Source of the DNA: Eledone cirrhosa
Taxonomy: Eukaryota
Length of the DNA stretch: 64,000 bases
Reading direction: 5' to 3'
Assembly (NCBI GenBank): GCA_964016885.1
Contig: OZ024742.1
Coordinates: 170,438,001-170,502,000, forward strand
Shown here: positions 38,894 through 52,004 of the stretch, piece after piece
Layout of the letters: every line of letters starts with the position of its first letter
How positions within the stretch are numbered: position 1 is the first letter of the stretch
Notes under the pieces: generated by a model
What the model saw: only the letters and a program-made list of their open reading frames with translations
The model's database searches: none
What the model was told of the DNA's origin: nothing
Translations under genes and position numbers: made by a program

Positions 38894-41800
38894 TATATTT
38901 CCTCTTGTTGTATTGTATATCTACACCATTTTTATTTTATCTGTTTATTTATTTATTTATTTTTGTCTTCTCTGCGCATGCGTTTGCGTGTGTGTTCGCG
39001 TTTGGGTGACTGTGTTTTGGTTATTGTATTCTATCTTAGTTTACTAGTGGGTGTTTATATGTGTTTGTTGTTATTGTGCTTGTGTATATATTTATTTATT
39101 TATATTTCTCTTAAGTTAGTATTGCTTGTTTGAGTGTTGTTGTTATTCCATTCATTTTGTCTGTTTAGCTTTGGCTTTCTAAGCTCTATTTTGCTTGTCT
39201 CTCTGATTTGCCTACCTGCTGAGTCATTTCTATGTTTAGATATTATTTTAATTTCTATGTTGTCTATGTTACCGCCATTTTGTTGTCTGGCGTGTTCGTA
39301 TAGTACTGAACCGTTTTTTCGTCCTTTTAATTCCCCCCAGTGTTGTTCTATCCTTTCTCCTATGCTTCGAGCTGTCTCGCCTATGTATGTTGTTGTCATG
39401 TTTCTGCAAGTACCCTCTGTACATCTTATGCTATAGACTACATTTCTAGTTTTACAGTTTATCTGGGGGTTTACTTTACATATAACACATTTCCTAATAG
39501 TACAGTGGGTTTTCTTAAAAGCGTATGTTTTGCTGATCAGGGTTTTTATGGTAATTCCTGGCTTTTCTACCACTTTAATCTTTAAGTGGGTCTTTCTCAG
39601 GGCCTTTCTATATTGGTTAGCTAATTTCCCTCCAGGGGTAGCGTCCATGAACATGACACTCTGGTATCTCTGGTTGTCGTACCATGAGGTGGCTTTCCCT
39701 ATCTTATGTTTAGTCCTATCTAAGCTATTCCATGATTTGCTCCTGTATAATGGGCAAATTCCTTTCATGTCCAGTTCCATGAGGGTCTTAAACTTCTCCG
39801 TGACTCCCTTGTATACTCTGATTCTGTCTCTTTGGTTGTAGCCAGAGAACTGCATGCGGTTGATGAAGTGTTGGATGTGCCTTTCCATTTCTGTTGGGTC
39901 GCACATGCGGGACACGTTCTTCATCATTCGTACCAAGTCTGCGATCAGAATATTAAACTTAGCACTACTGGACATTGCTGAGTTTTTTAGTATCAGGTAT
40001 TTGGAGGCCACGGGTTTAGCGTAGTGTGAATAGAGAATTTGGGCCCTCTTGTCTATAGTGTTAATCCAGAGTTCCGTGTCTGATACAGGTAGTCTATTGT
40101 TAGGGTGTTTGGAAGGGTAGTCAATAGTTACAGTTATACTCTGGTGTATGGAGTTAGCTATTTGATGGATGCTTTCCATTGTGCTACATTCTAAATCATA
40201 TTTGTTAGTACTCTCTTGTGGGGATGTCCTTATTACTATATTAATATCGTCTACGTAACGAGAGTACATGATGAGGTCTATGGAGCTCTCACCAAGGAGA
40301 TCTTTGAGTCTCCTTTCCCACCATACCATAAAAAGGTTGGCAACGTCACCAGCTATGCTGACGCCAATGGCTGCTCCCTCATTTTTGGTGTAGATCTTTT
40401 TGTTGAATTTGAATATCCTTTAGGGTAGTTTTAATACTAGCCCCTATTGCATGCGCGACCATTTTTCTTAACTGATCATTGTTTTTTGGTCCACCCAATC
40501 CACCTTCCCATGGGAGTCTTTTTTGGCATTGAGGTTATGGTGGTGGTGGGGGAGGGGGGTGTCTACCTCTTATGGGTCTACTGGGGCAGAAACGGCTAGG
40601 GTCATGGCTGTCTAGGTAAGGCTAAGTAGGAGGCTCATTTCATCTGTGTCGACGTCGCAGAACTCCACCTCACTCTCACTGATCATCTCCACACATTTTT
40701 CCACAGCAAAATCAATGTTAATGGATGGGTATAATGATACCACGTCCATACTGCCTATTATGCAGTTAGATAGGTTTTTGTTTTTGTTGCACTCATTGAT
40801 TCTGCTGAGGAGGTCTTCTGTACTGTCACATATATTTGGGGACATCTTGATTATGGGGCGTATAACCATTGAGAGGAAGTAGGAGATCCTGTAGTTGCTA
40901 GCGATATTGGCTCCGCATACAGGTCTTGTTGGTGGTCCTGTTGTCGGGTCGTCGACTATCTTATGGTCTTTGCGGAGCCCATACAAGGGTGGTAAGTCAT
41001 TGTTGGCAGTGCGTCTGCTTGGCTTTAGGATGTCGGTCCACATCATCATGTGAGCGTTGAGGATCTTCTCTCCCCCCTCATGTATTTGTTGTGTAATTTC
41101 GCTCGTGTTGGTGATGTGGGGTTGCATAATCTTGATGTAGTTCGGCATGCTGTCTACCGACATCCTACCAGACTTATCTGTAGGTAGACACACTACCTCA
41201 CCATCCCTTGTGCGCTGCTTGAGGCTAACTAAGCCTTCTACAGGTTTTCTTCCAAGTTGTTGGACCTCTGGTCTGCTTTGTCTCTTAGTATATTGGTCTA
41301 CTATTTGTCTAATCTTATTTCTAGCTATGGTGAACTGTGCCTCTGTCTCGTCATCTATTTGTTGTGGTATACAAACCCTTTTATTAAAGGGTAACCTAGT
41401 AGGATACATTTTACTCATCTTATAAGTTTTGTCAGCTGGGTTGAAGAATATTTTCTCTAAGGGTTGTCATTATATCTATCGTCATAGTTGTGTGTGTTGC
41501 TATTATTGTTATTATGGTTGTTGTTGTTCCTACCATTTGCATTATTATTATTGTTATGATTGTTAGATGTATTGTTGTTATTTTCTCTATTGTTATTGTT
41601 GTTGTTACTGTTATTTCTACCATTGTGGTTGTTACTTATATTATTATGTTTCTTGTTTTTGTGTCTATCATTAATGTTGTTACTCGTATTATTTCCATTA
41701 TTACCACTGTGGTTGTTGTTGTGTCTGTCGTTAATGTTTCCATTATTATTATTGTGGTTGTTGTTGTTGTTCTGTCTATCGTTAATATTACTACCATTAT

Positions 41801-42488
41801 TATTATTACTATTTCTCCCTTTCCTGCTATTGTTATTGTTATGACTATTAGTATTATCAGCAAAACATACCATTTTAAGAAAACCCACTGTACTAATAGG
41901 AAATGTGTTATATGCAAAGTAAACCCCCAGCTAAACTGTAAAACTAGAAATGTAGTCTATAGCATAAGATGTACAGAGGGTACTTGCAGAAACATGACAA
42001 CAACATACACTGGCGAGACAGCTCGAAGCATAGGAGAAAGGATAGACCAACACTGGGGGGAATTAAAAGGACGAAAAAACGGTTCAGTACTATACGAACA
42101 CGCCAGACAACAACATGACGATAACATAGACAACATAGAAATTAAAATAATATCTAAACATAGAAATGACCCAGCAGGTAGGCAAATCAGAGAGACAAGC
42201 GAATAGAGCTTAGAAAGCCAAAGCTAAACAGACAAAATGAATGGAATAACAACACCAAAACAAACAATACTGACTTAAGAGAAATATAAATAAATATATA
42301 CACAAGCACAATAACAATATAAACATATAAACATACACTAGTAAACTAAGATAGAATACAATAACCAAAACACAGTCACCCAAACGCGAACACACACGCA
42401 AACGCAGAGAAGAAGACAAAAATAAATAAATAAATAAACAGATAAAATAAAAATGGCGTAGACATACAATACAACAAGAGGAAACATA

Positions 42489-42543
42489 ATAGTACCACTG
42501 ATGATGTTGCAGATGTGTAACGAAAGAACTTTGTTAGACTATA
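42489..42543 (+). ncRNA. Minimal type I hammerhead-like motif in the inverted PLE 3' UTR (copy 2)
   Basis: CTGATGA at 42498-42504, stem II gttgca/tgtaac, GAAA at 42522-42525. Confidence 0.6.
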
Positions 42544-42858
42544 TATATGTATTTATATCTGTATTTGTGACCGTTGGTCAGTAAATGATAAACATTGAGG
42601 ACCAAATGAATTAACTGTGGAGATATAAAAGATTCAGAAGCGTAAACCAACCAAACAGTGAGTGTGTTCTGTTATTAATTCTGGCAATATTGTTACAATA
42701 ATATGATCCTCTCCAAGTATAACAATATTTGTTTCGACACACGATTTCATATCAAAAACCTCGCAAAACAAATTCATAGCCGTTATATATATATATATAT
42801 ATAAATATTTTATATATATATATATAAAATATTTATATATATATAAAATTACTAGAAA

Positions 42859-43160
42859 CGCTTAAAACAGGACATCAAAAGCGATCAGCGGCACGCCCAA
42901 GGCCTTTTATCAATCAAAAGGCCACGAGGGAAAAAAAAGAAAAAGGAAAAGTAGTGAGGAGAGAGGAAGAAAGAGAAAAAAACGAAGTAAACAGACCGAC
43001 TGGAAGGGGGACACAGGACAATGGAACAGGCAAGTGAGTAACCGAGGAAAAAATAGAATAGAATAAGTTACAACGAACAGATTAGAGTTAAGTCTGGTGG
43101 TGCAAACTGGGAGCGAGGTAGTTCCGTGCAATCTCAACAAAAGTGAGGAGAGAGAGAGAT

Positions 43161-43192
<32 letters not shown>

Positions 43193-43325
43193 TGACGTAG
43201 CAACCGGAAGTGAGAGGGAGAAGGGAAAGGGAGATAATCCAAAAGAATTGATTGTAAACGATCGAAACCAGAGGAGTTTTGCGACATGTGTGAAACATGT
43301 CGTAAACGATCGATACCAATCAGAT

Positions 43326-43420
<95 letters not shown>

Positions 43421-43800
43421 GAGAGAGTCGATATGAAAGCGTGGTGGGACCACAAATCGAGCAAAACAGGTAGGGGGGGGGGGGGGGGGTCACAGCGGTA
43501 AATACAAAATTACAAGAAACGAAGCGAGATGTGTGGTTACTGTAAACAAAGTTTAAGATGGTAATATGGACGAAACAAGCGAAGAAATCCTTCATCAGCT
43601 GTTATCAGCAGATCTTAGATGTTTCGGCGCTTAAAACAGGACATCAAAAGCGATCAGCGGCGCGCTTAAGGCCTTTTATCGATCAAAAGGCCATGAGAGA
43701 AAGAAAAGAAAAAGGAAAAGTAGTGAGGAGAGAAGAAGAAATAGAAAAAAACGAAGTAAACAGTCCGAATGGAGGGGGACACAGGACAATGGAACAGGCA
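42859..43800 (-). repeat. Unclassified element with ~174-bp direct terminal repeats (42859-43032 and 43628-43800) and internal (GA)n tracts
   Basis: cgcttaaaacaggacatcaaaagcgatcagcggc...ggaacaggca duplicated; flanked by (TA)n. Confidence 0.75.
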
Positions 43801-43894
43801 TATATATGTATATATATATATAAGTATATATGTATATATATATGTATATATATACAAAGTGTTAAAACGATCAAATTTTAGTTTAGAACATTTA

Positions 43895-43946
43895 TTAGCT
43901 GACAATTGTTTCTTCCACAGGGAAGTCTGGAATCATCGGAGCATAA
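43895..43946 (-). ncRNA. Type I hammerhead ribozyme motif (inverted twin of 44645-44695)
   Basis: Same motif on the minus strand, with one mismatch in stem II. Confidence 0.7.
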
Positions 43947-44644
43947 GGAATGTCGAAAACGTGTAACTAGAATCCTAGTCATTTAGGGGTACATAGTTGT
44001 TATTAGTGTCAAAGGCATCATGTTGAGATTCAGGAGTTAAAAAGATGTTCCGCTTGAAATAACACAATTATAGGCAGCACTGGTTGGAAGTGTAAGTAAA
44101 AGTAGAAGCACAAGCAAAAAAATGACAAGCAATGGGATTATTTTTTCTCACAGCCATTAACCATGGGATTATTATGGTTAATGGCTGTGAGTAACAAACA
44201 ACACATGCACATAAATACGAACTACAACACAAAAACACTTAAATGAAAATCACATACCCAACTCTATCTAGTGCTTTACATTACACCTTACATAAAAAAT
44301 ACCTACATTATCACCACACGCCTCTCTAACAAATTGCACACTATCTTAAATGTTTATAACAAATATAACATGCTTTAACACCCCACGCAAAATACGTTTA
44401 TTTCACCTGCATTGTACACCAATTGTCATTGTTTATAACTTGTTTCCCTGTGTTTTTTTGCTTGTGATTTTTGCTTTTACTTTTACTTACACTTCCAACC
44501 AGTGCTGCCTGTAATTGTGTTATTTCAAGCGGAACATCTTTTTAACTCCTGACTCTCCACATGATGCCTTTGACACTAATAACAACTATGTACCCTAAAT
44601 GTTCTAAATGACTAGGATTCTAGTTACACGTTTTCGACATTCCT

Positions 44645-44695
44645 TATGCTCCGATGATTCCAGACTTCCCTCTGGAAGAAACAATTGTCAGCTAA
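44645..44695 (+). ncRNA. Type I hammerhead ribozyme motif, U4C core variant
   Basis: gcu CCGAUGA uuccaga cuuccc ucuggaa GAAA caauug UC agc; perfect 7-bp stem II, palindromic stem III; predicted cleavage after 44689. Confidence 0.75.
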
Positions 44696-44977
44696 TAAAT
44701 GTTCTAAACTAAAATTTGATCGTTTTAACACTTTGTATCTCGCCTCTGTAAAACACATGAAAATTTGCATTGAGCCTTTTGTCATACCGGTAACCGGCTA
44801 GTACTTAGTAGTACCCTACATATTTATAGTTATATCAAACATATATAAATATATATATTACTATGTATATATATATATATATATGTATATAGTATATATA
44901 TGTATGTATATATAAATGTGTATGTATATAGATGTGTATATATATGTATGAAATATGAAATATATGAAATATATGAA

Positions 44978-45113
44978 ATATGAAATATAAGAATCAAAGA
45001 ACTGTTCAAAACATTATTGTGCTTACAGCTGTTTCCTCCAAACCTCGGTTTGGAGGAAACAGCTGTAAGCACAATAATGTTTTGAACAGTTCTTTGATTC
45101 TTATATTTCATAT
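44978..45113. repeat. Perfect 67-bp-arm palindrome (2-nt spacer)
   Basis: Arms 44978-45044 and 45047-45113 are exact reverse complements by eye. Confidence 0.93.
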
Positions 45114-45329
45114 AACTGCTCTGTAAAGCATCTGATGTTTTTACATTGAGCTACTTAACTTACTGGTAATAAGGTAGTAATACATTACTGCCTACCTAGG
45201 GTTTGTATAAAAAATACATATAACTGCATAAGGTTTTTGTATTTACATAACCATAAATAGTATAATTAATACTATATATATGTATATATGTATACAGATG
45301 TATATAGGTGCATATAGATGTGTATATAT

Positions 45330-45363
<34 letters not shown>

Positions 45364-45379
45364 GTGTGTGAGTGTGTGT

Positions 45380-45495
<116 letters not shown>

Positions 45496-45775
45496 ATATA
45501 TAGGTGTTTAGTTGCGTGAAGGGTAAAAGTAAAAGGAGTGAAGTTCTTTATTTCACCGCTGTTTACTTTTCCTTGTACGTTCATAACAGCCGACCGTGTT
45601 GTTGTTGTTGTTATCATTAGCACAATTCTATCTCAACAACCACATCATCTATACATGTCTTTATGTTATTACTATCAGCCTATACTGTTGCATGTAATAC
45701 ACCTTCTCTGTTAGAATCCCTTCTCTTAAGACGTCGCCTTATCTTGCAGACATCTCAGTTGAGATGGACACACAG

Positions 45776-46103
45776 AAAGGGAGAGGAGAGGAGAGGCGAG
45801 GAGAGGAGAAGAGAGGAGAGGCGAGGCGAGGAGAGGAGAAGAGAGGAGAGGAGAATAGAGGAGAGGAGAGGAGAGGAGAGGGAGGGGGAGATGAGAGGAG
45901 GGGAGAGGAGGGGAGAAGAGAGGAGAGGAGAGGAGGGGAGAAGAGAGGAGACGAGACGAGAGGAGAGGAGAGGAGAGGAGGCGAGAGGAGAGGAGAGGAG
46001 AGGAGAGGAGAGGAGAGGAGAGGAGAGGAGAGGAGAGGAGAGGAGGCGAGAGGAGAGGAGGGGAGAGGAGAGGAGAGGAGAGGAGAGGAGGGGAGAGGAG
46101 AGA
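45776..46103. repeat. (GAGAG)n purine pentanucleotide microsatellite
   Basis: Direct reading; source of the spurious ERRGE ORFs. Confidence 0.95.
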
Positions 46104-46124
46104 TTAACAGCTTGTTACCTTGTA

Positions 46125-46155
<31 letters not shown>

Positions 46156-47091
46156 TGTATGTATGTATGTATGTATGTCAGTCTGCTCTTCAGCGCTACT
46201 GGTAACATGTAACCCAGTACAACCTGTGTACGGTCAGTTCGTCGGCGACTAAACCGGCAACCCCACCAAGCCTGCTTGGTGAAGAGGCGATTTTGTAAAC
46301 CCTGCATGATTAAAAGCAAAACCCATAAAAGGGCGGAGAAACTGAAGAGAGTCAACGGCCATCCCATAAAGTTTTTTTTGTGGAGCGAGAGACTCGTCTT
46401 CATTAAGACATATCTAAGAGACTAGTCTTCATTAAGACATATCTAAGAGACGGTCACTCTGATATAAAAATGCGACTTCGTTTACATCCAATGATGTGGA
46501 CCAGTTCACCTTTTTGGGTAAATGCATTTGATGTTCAGAAAGTGGGATTGGCCCCGTGCAAAGCCTTTTCTCACTTAAAAAAAGCTTCAAGCACAGACAT
46601 CGCTTGATATGCGACACTTTTTGCGATGCACAGCATTAGTGGTGGTGTTGGTGGCGGTGTTGATGGTAGAATTGGTGTTGGTGTTGGTGGTGTTGTAGTT
46701 GGTACTGTTGGTGTTGATGGCGGTGTTGATGGTAGCGTTTGTATTGGTGGTGTTAATGTTGTAGCTAGTACTGTTGGTGTTGGTGGTGTTTGTGGTGTTG
46801 GTAGTGGTGTTGGTGGTGTTGGTGGGATTGGTGGTCGTGATGAAGTGAGATGGACTGGTATTGTTATAACAACCATTATTATTACCGCAAACGCCACTAC
46901 CGTCATCAACACCACCGCCAAATAAAAATAAATGCGACTATATGTAACATATAAGGCAACTGACGTGATATACATAAAAATATACATACATAAAATTAAT
47001 TGCAATATAAATTTCATGATGCGTGAAATAAGGTTCCTGATTGATGGTTTTAGAACTTATTTCTTCACTAATGAAACCCCATACCTATCTA

Positions 47092-47265
47092 CGAGGGTCG
47101 ACTGAAAAGTTCATAGACTGACTATAAAGGATTGATGCTACAGCTGTGAAATCTTGCATGCATTAATTTCAGGTTCTTTCCAGGGACGATGTTGAAAAAT
47201 AAACCTCACTTGGTCATCCCATGAGAGTATCTTTGTCAGCTTATGAACCTTTCAGTTGACCCCCG
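47092..47265. mobile_element. Tc1/mariner-type MITE
   Basis: TA|cgagggtcgactgaaaagttcatagactgac ... gtcagcttatgaacctttcagttgacccccg|TA: ~31-bp TIRs with TA target duplication. Confidence 0.85.
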
Positions 47266-47389
47266 TAAAAAGGCACACACACTAATATAAATGTTTCATG
47301 GGTACATACTTAGATGTACATGCACGTGCGTTAACACTATTATTTTGTGTATGTCATCATTTGTTACTGAGACCTATTTTAACGATGAC

Positions 47390-47810
47390 ACGGCATGACA
47401 AGCTACTTCTACGAATTGAGAGATCACAGCTCCAATACTACGAGCATGTCGTTAACATGTCTCAGGAAAAAAAAATCGCTAGACAGATTTTACCGCCAGA
47501 ACGAGCCGGCAGGATACGCAGAGGAAGAACCTGAGCAAGATGATTGGATAACATCCATGAGCTTGGCTCGTATTGCTTGGGGATCCAGCCGGATTATATT
47601 GGAGACGGTTACTTCTGACAGGTACCCGTTGGAAGGAGGGTTTGAGGATTCTTGGAGACGGTTGCTTCTGACAGGTACTCGCTGGAAGGAGGGTTTGAGG
47701 ATTCTGCTTCTATAGCCATCTCAGGAATAAATGGGCGAAGAAGAAGAAGAAGAAGAAGAAGAAGAAGAAGAAGAAGAAGAAGAAGAAGAAGAAGAAGAAG
47801 AAGAAGAAGA
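47390..47810 (+). mobile_element. RTE LINE 3' fragment with internal duplication and (AAG)n tail
   Basis: LLLRIERSQLQYYEHVVNMSQE..IARQIL; same family as 35977-36420. Confidence 0.8.
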
Positions 47811-47985
47811 CATGATAAATCAAAGCGTCGACACTCCATCCAACACGATCCCGAACCAAATTGAATCAGGCCACCTTCATTAAATCTATTTTAAGTTATA
47901 AAGTCGTAACAAAATTATATTCTACGAAAATAGTGAAATAGATGCATATGGTATTTTAAAAATTATTGTTAATTTAATATATATG

Positions 47986-48083
<98 letters not shown>

Positions 48084-48100
48084 TATATATTGTTATATAT

Positions 48101-48606
48101 ATATTGTTATATTTGGGGAGGGTCATATTGTTATAATATTGCCAGAAATAATGATTTCTACAATAGGCACAAGGCCAGTAATTTGGGGAGAGGAGAAAGT
48201 CAATTAAATCGACCCAGTACGTTACTGGTGCTTTATTTTATCGACCCCGTAAGGATGAAAGGCAAAGTTAACCTCGGCGAGATTTGAACTCAGACCGTAA
48301 AGGATCATAACTCTATGCTGCAAAGCATCATGTCCGACTCTCTACCGATACTGCCAATTGACAGAAATAATTGTTTCTACATTTGGCACAAGGCCAGCAA
48401 TTACTCCAGTGCATTACTGGTACTTTATTTTATCGACCACGTAAGGATGAAAGCAAAGTTAACCTCGGCGGGATTTGAACTCAGTCCGTAAAGGGACGTA
48501 ACTATACTGGAAAGCATGGCGTCCGACCCTCTACCGATACTACCAATTGCCAGAAATAATAATAGAACACACACACTGTTTGGTTTGGATTGGTTTACGC
48601 TTTGAT

Positions 48607-48651
<45 letters not shown>

Positions 48652-48818
48652 CTGTATTTTAACCGTATGTCAATCAATGGTAAACATTGATTATAAATTA
48701 ACTATGGAGATATAAATGATACAGAAGCGAAAACCAATCCAAACCAAACAGTGAGTGTGTTCTATTATTATTTCTGGCAATATTATAACAATATGACCCT
48801 CCCCAAATATAACAATAT
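48101..48818. mobile_element. MITE-like fold-back composed of the termini of the 38656-42728 Penelope element, with two SINEs inserted (about 48153-48545)
   Basis: Both ends read atattgttata.ttggggagggtcatattgtt, matching the PLE ends; SINEs flanked by repeated attgccagaaataat. Confidence 0.85.
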
Positions 48819-49025
48819 TTGAATGTATGTATAGTATATTTGGCAATATACCGTATGTTTAATTAAAAACATTTAGAAGACCATACAGAAGCTTTCCCGA
48901 TCATTTCCTTCGAATGAAACAGCTCTAGTCCTGTAGAAGCCATTTCTATATTAAATATCTTAAATATCTATACTCTGCTATGTATTGAGTACCTTGCTTA
49001 CTGTGGTTACCCACGATTGAACCCG

Positions 49026-49058
<33 letters not shown>

Positions 49059-49095
49059 CATACATATATATATATATATATATATGTATGTATAT

Positions 49096-49145
<50 letters not shown>

Positions 49146-49296
49146 GTAGGTCCCGGGTTGAGTCGGGGATAACCACAGTAAGTAAGGTACTCAATACATG
49201 GCAGAGTAAAATATATTTATTGTATAGAAGGAGTTCTACAGGACTAGTACTGTTTCATTCAGATGAAATCTTCATGTATATATACATACCCCCCCC

Positions 49297-49426
<130 letters not shown>

Positions 49427-49698
49427 CACATATATATACCAGATTTCAGTCAGAGGGCATTGGTTAACTTGTGAGAATATTAGAATACACTTGTTGAAAG
49501 AACCACACAGTGAGACTCATCGCAAAACCACGTGTCCTGTGTTAATTTTAGTTTTAATCAGACAGGGAAAGTTTAGCGATAGGTAGGTGTGTTGAAGGAC
49601 ATCTTTGTCCTCAAAGATTGCAAATATTTAAGAATCCTAGCCTCTCCTCCACCACTGTCCCGCCCGCTTCTCTCTTAAACGACTTTTTAGTTACATGA

Positions 49699-49751
<53 letters not shown>

Positions 49752-49886
49752 AATAAATATAGAGAAATAAAAATATACATGCAGAAACGTAAAAGTGACA
49801 AAGATTAGCTTTGTTGAGGATGTTTTCATACACATGCACACACACACACATACATATATATATGCATGTATGTATGTATGTGCATA

Positions 49887-49967
<81 letters not shown>

Positions 49968-49992
49968 TTGTGTGATAGTGTATGTATATAAC

Positions 49993-50068
<76 letters not shown>

Positions 50069-50165
50069 GCATATATCTATATCTGGTAGATCTCAAATTA
50101 ATTATCACTACTGCCAATTTTAAAGATTATCAATGAGCTATATATAATACACGATATATAATATA

Positions 50166-51256
<1,091 letters not shown>

Positions 51257-52004
51257 TAATACATAATACATAACGTACTAAGTGATAATGTATAGTACGT
51301 AATATATAACGTACAATATGTAATATACAATATATGATATATATGATATATAATCTATATATATAAAACATCTATCTAAACTATAATAAAGTAAGAAGTG
51401 CGGGACTGCGTACGGTTTATAATTTTTTTATCCCATTAGTAAAATAAGTTGGATTACTTAGAATAAATAATGAATGAATATTATATAATTTATCTACTAA
51501 ATTTCATGGCTGTTGATTAAATATATTTTGTTTATTTAAAGATTCACTTCTTTAAAATTTCTGAAATGTCAACACTTCCGATTGGCCATCGTTTATATAA
51601 ACATACTAATTTTCTGTCACTAATTTTCTCCTAATGCAGTTTATATATAATATCGTCCTTTTTAATGTATCATGGATTACGTTACTGATTAAATAAGACA
51701 GTGTAACACAGCCTTCGTTCAATTTCTATGTATTATATATTGTCAATTACGATTTTATTTGATGTATCATATCTACGTGTATATATACCTGCGTATAATA
51801 TCAATATACACACTACACATGCTAGCAGAAAACCTCCCGTTAGGTGGTTTTTCTGCTAGTATATATAAAACAGCAGATGTCTGTCTGTCTATCTGTCTGT
51901 GTAACCGCATGCATTTCTACATTTTAAAACCGATTTGCACCAAATTTCATACATAGGTTTCTGAAGTCCTATTACGCATAGTAGGCTATTTTATTCGTAC
52001 ATCG

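Larger units (their letters stand above)
43852..44738. mobile_element. Fold-back element with ~280-bp inverted arms, each carrying a hammerhead motif and AATAAA facing outward
   Basis: 43852-44130 is the reverse complement of about 44440-44738. Confidence 0.85.

Noticed and set aside
45663-46252. ERRGE-repeat ORFs
   Set aside because: Translations of a (GAGAG)n microsatellite
46430-46625. Possible MULE transposase remnant (LEAFFK*EKALHGANPTF*T) on the minus strand
   Set aside because: Similarity too short and degenerate to support a call
46571-47017. Pro/Thr-rich mucin-like or Gly/Val-rich ORFs
   Set aside because: (GGT/GTT)n low-complexity tract with no splice or homology support
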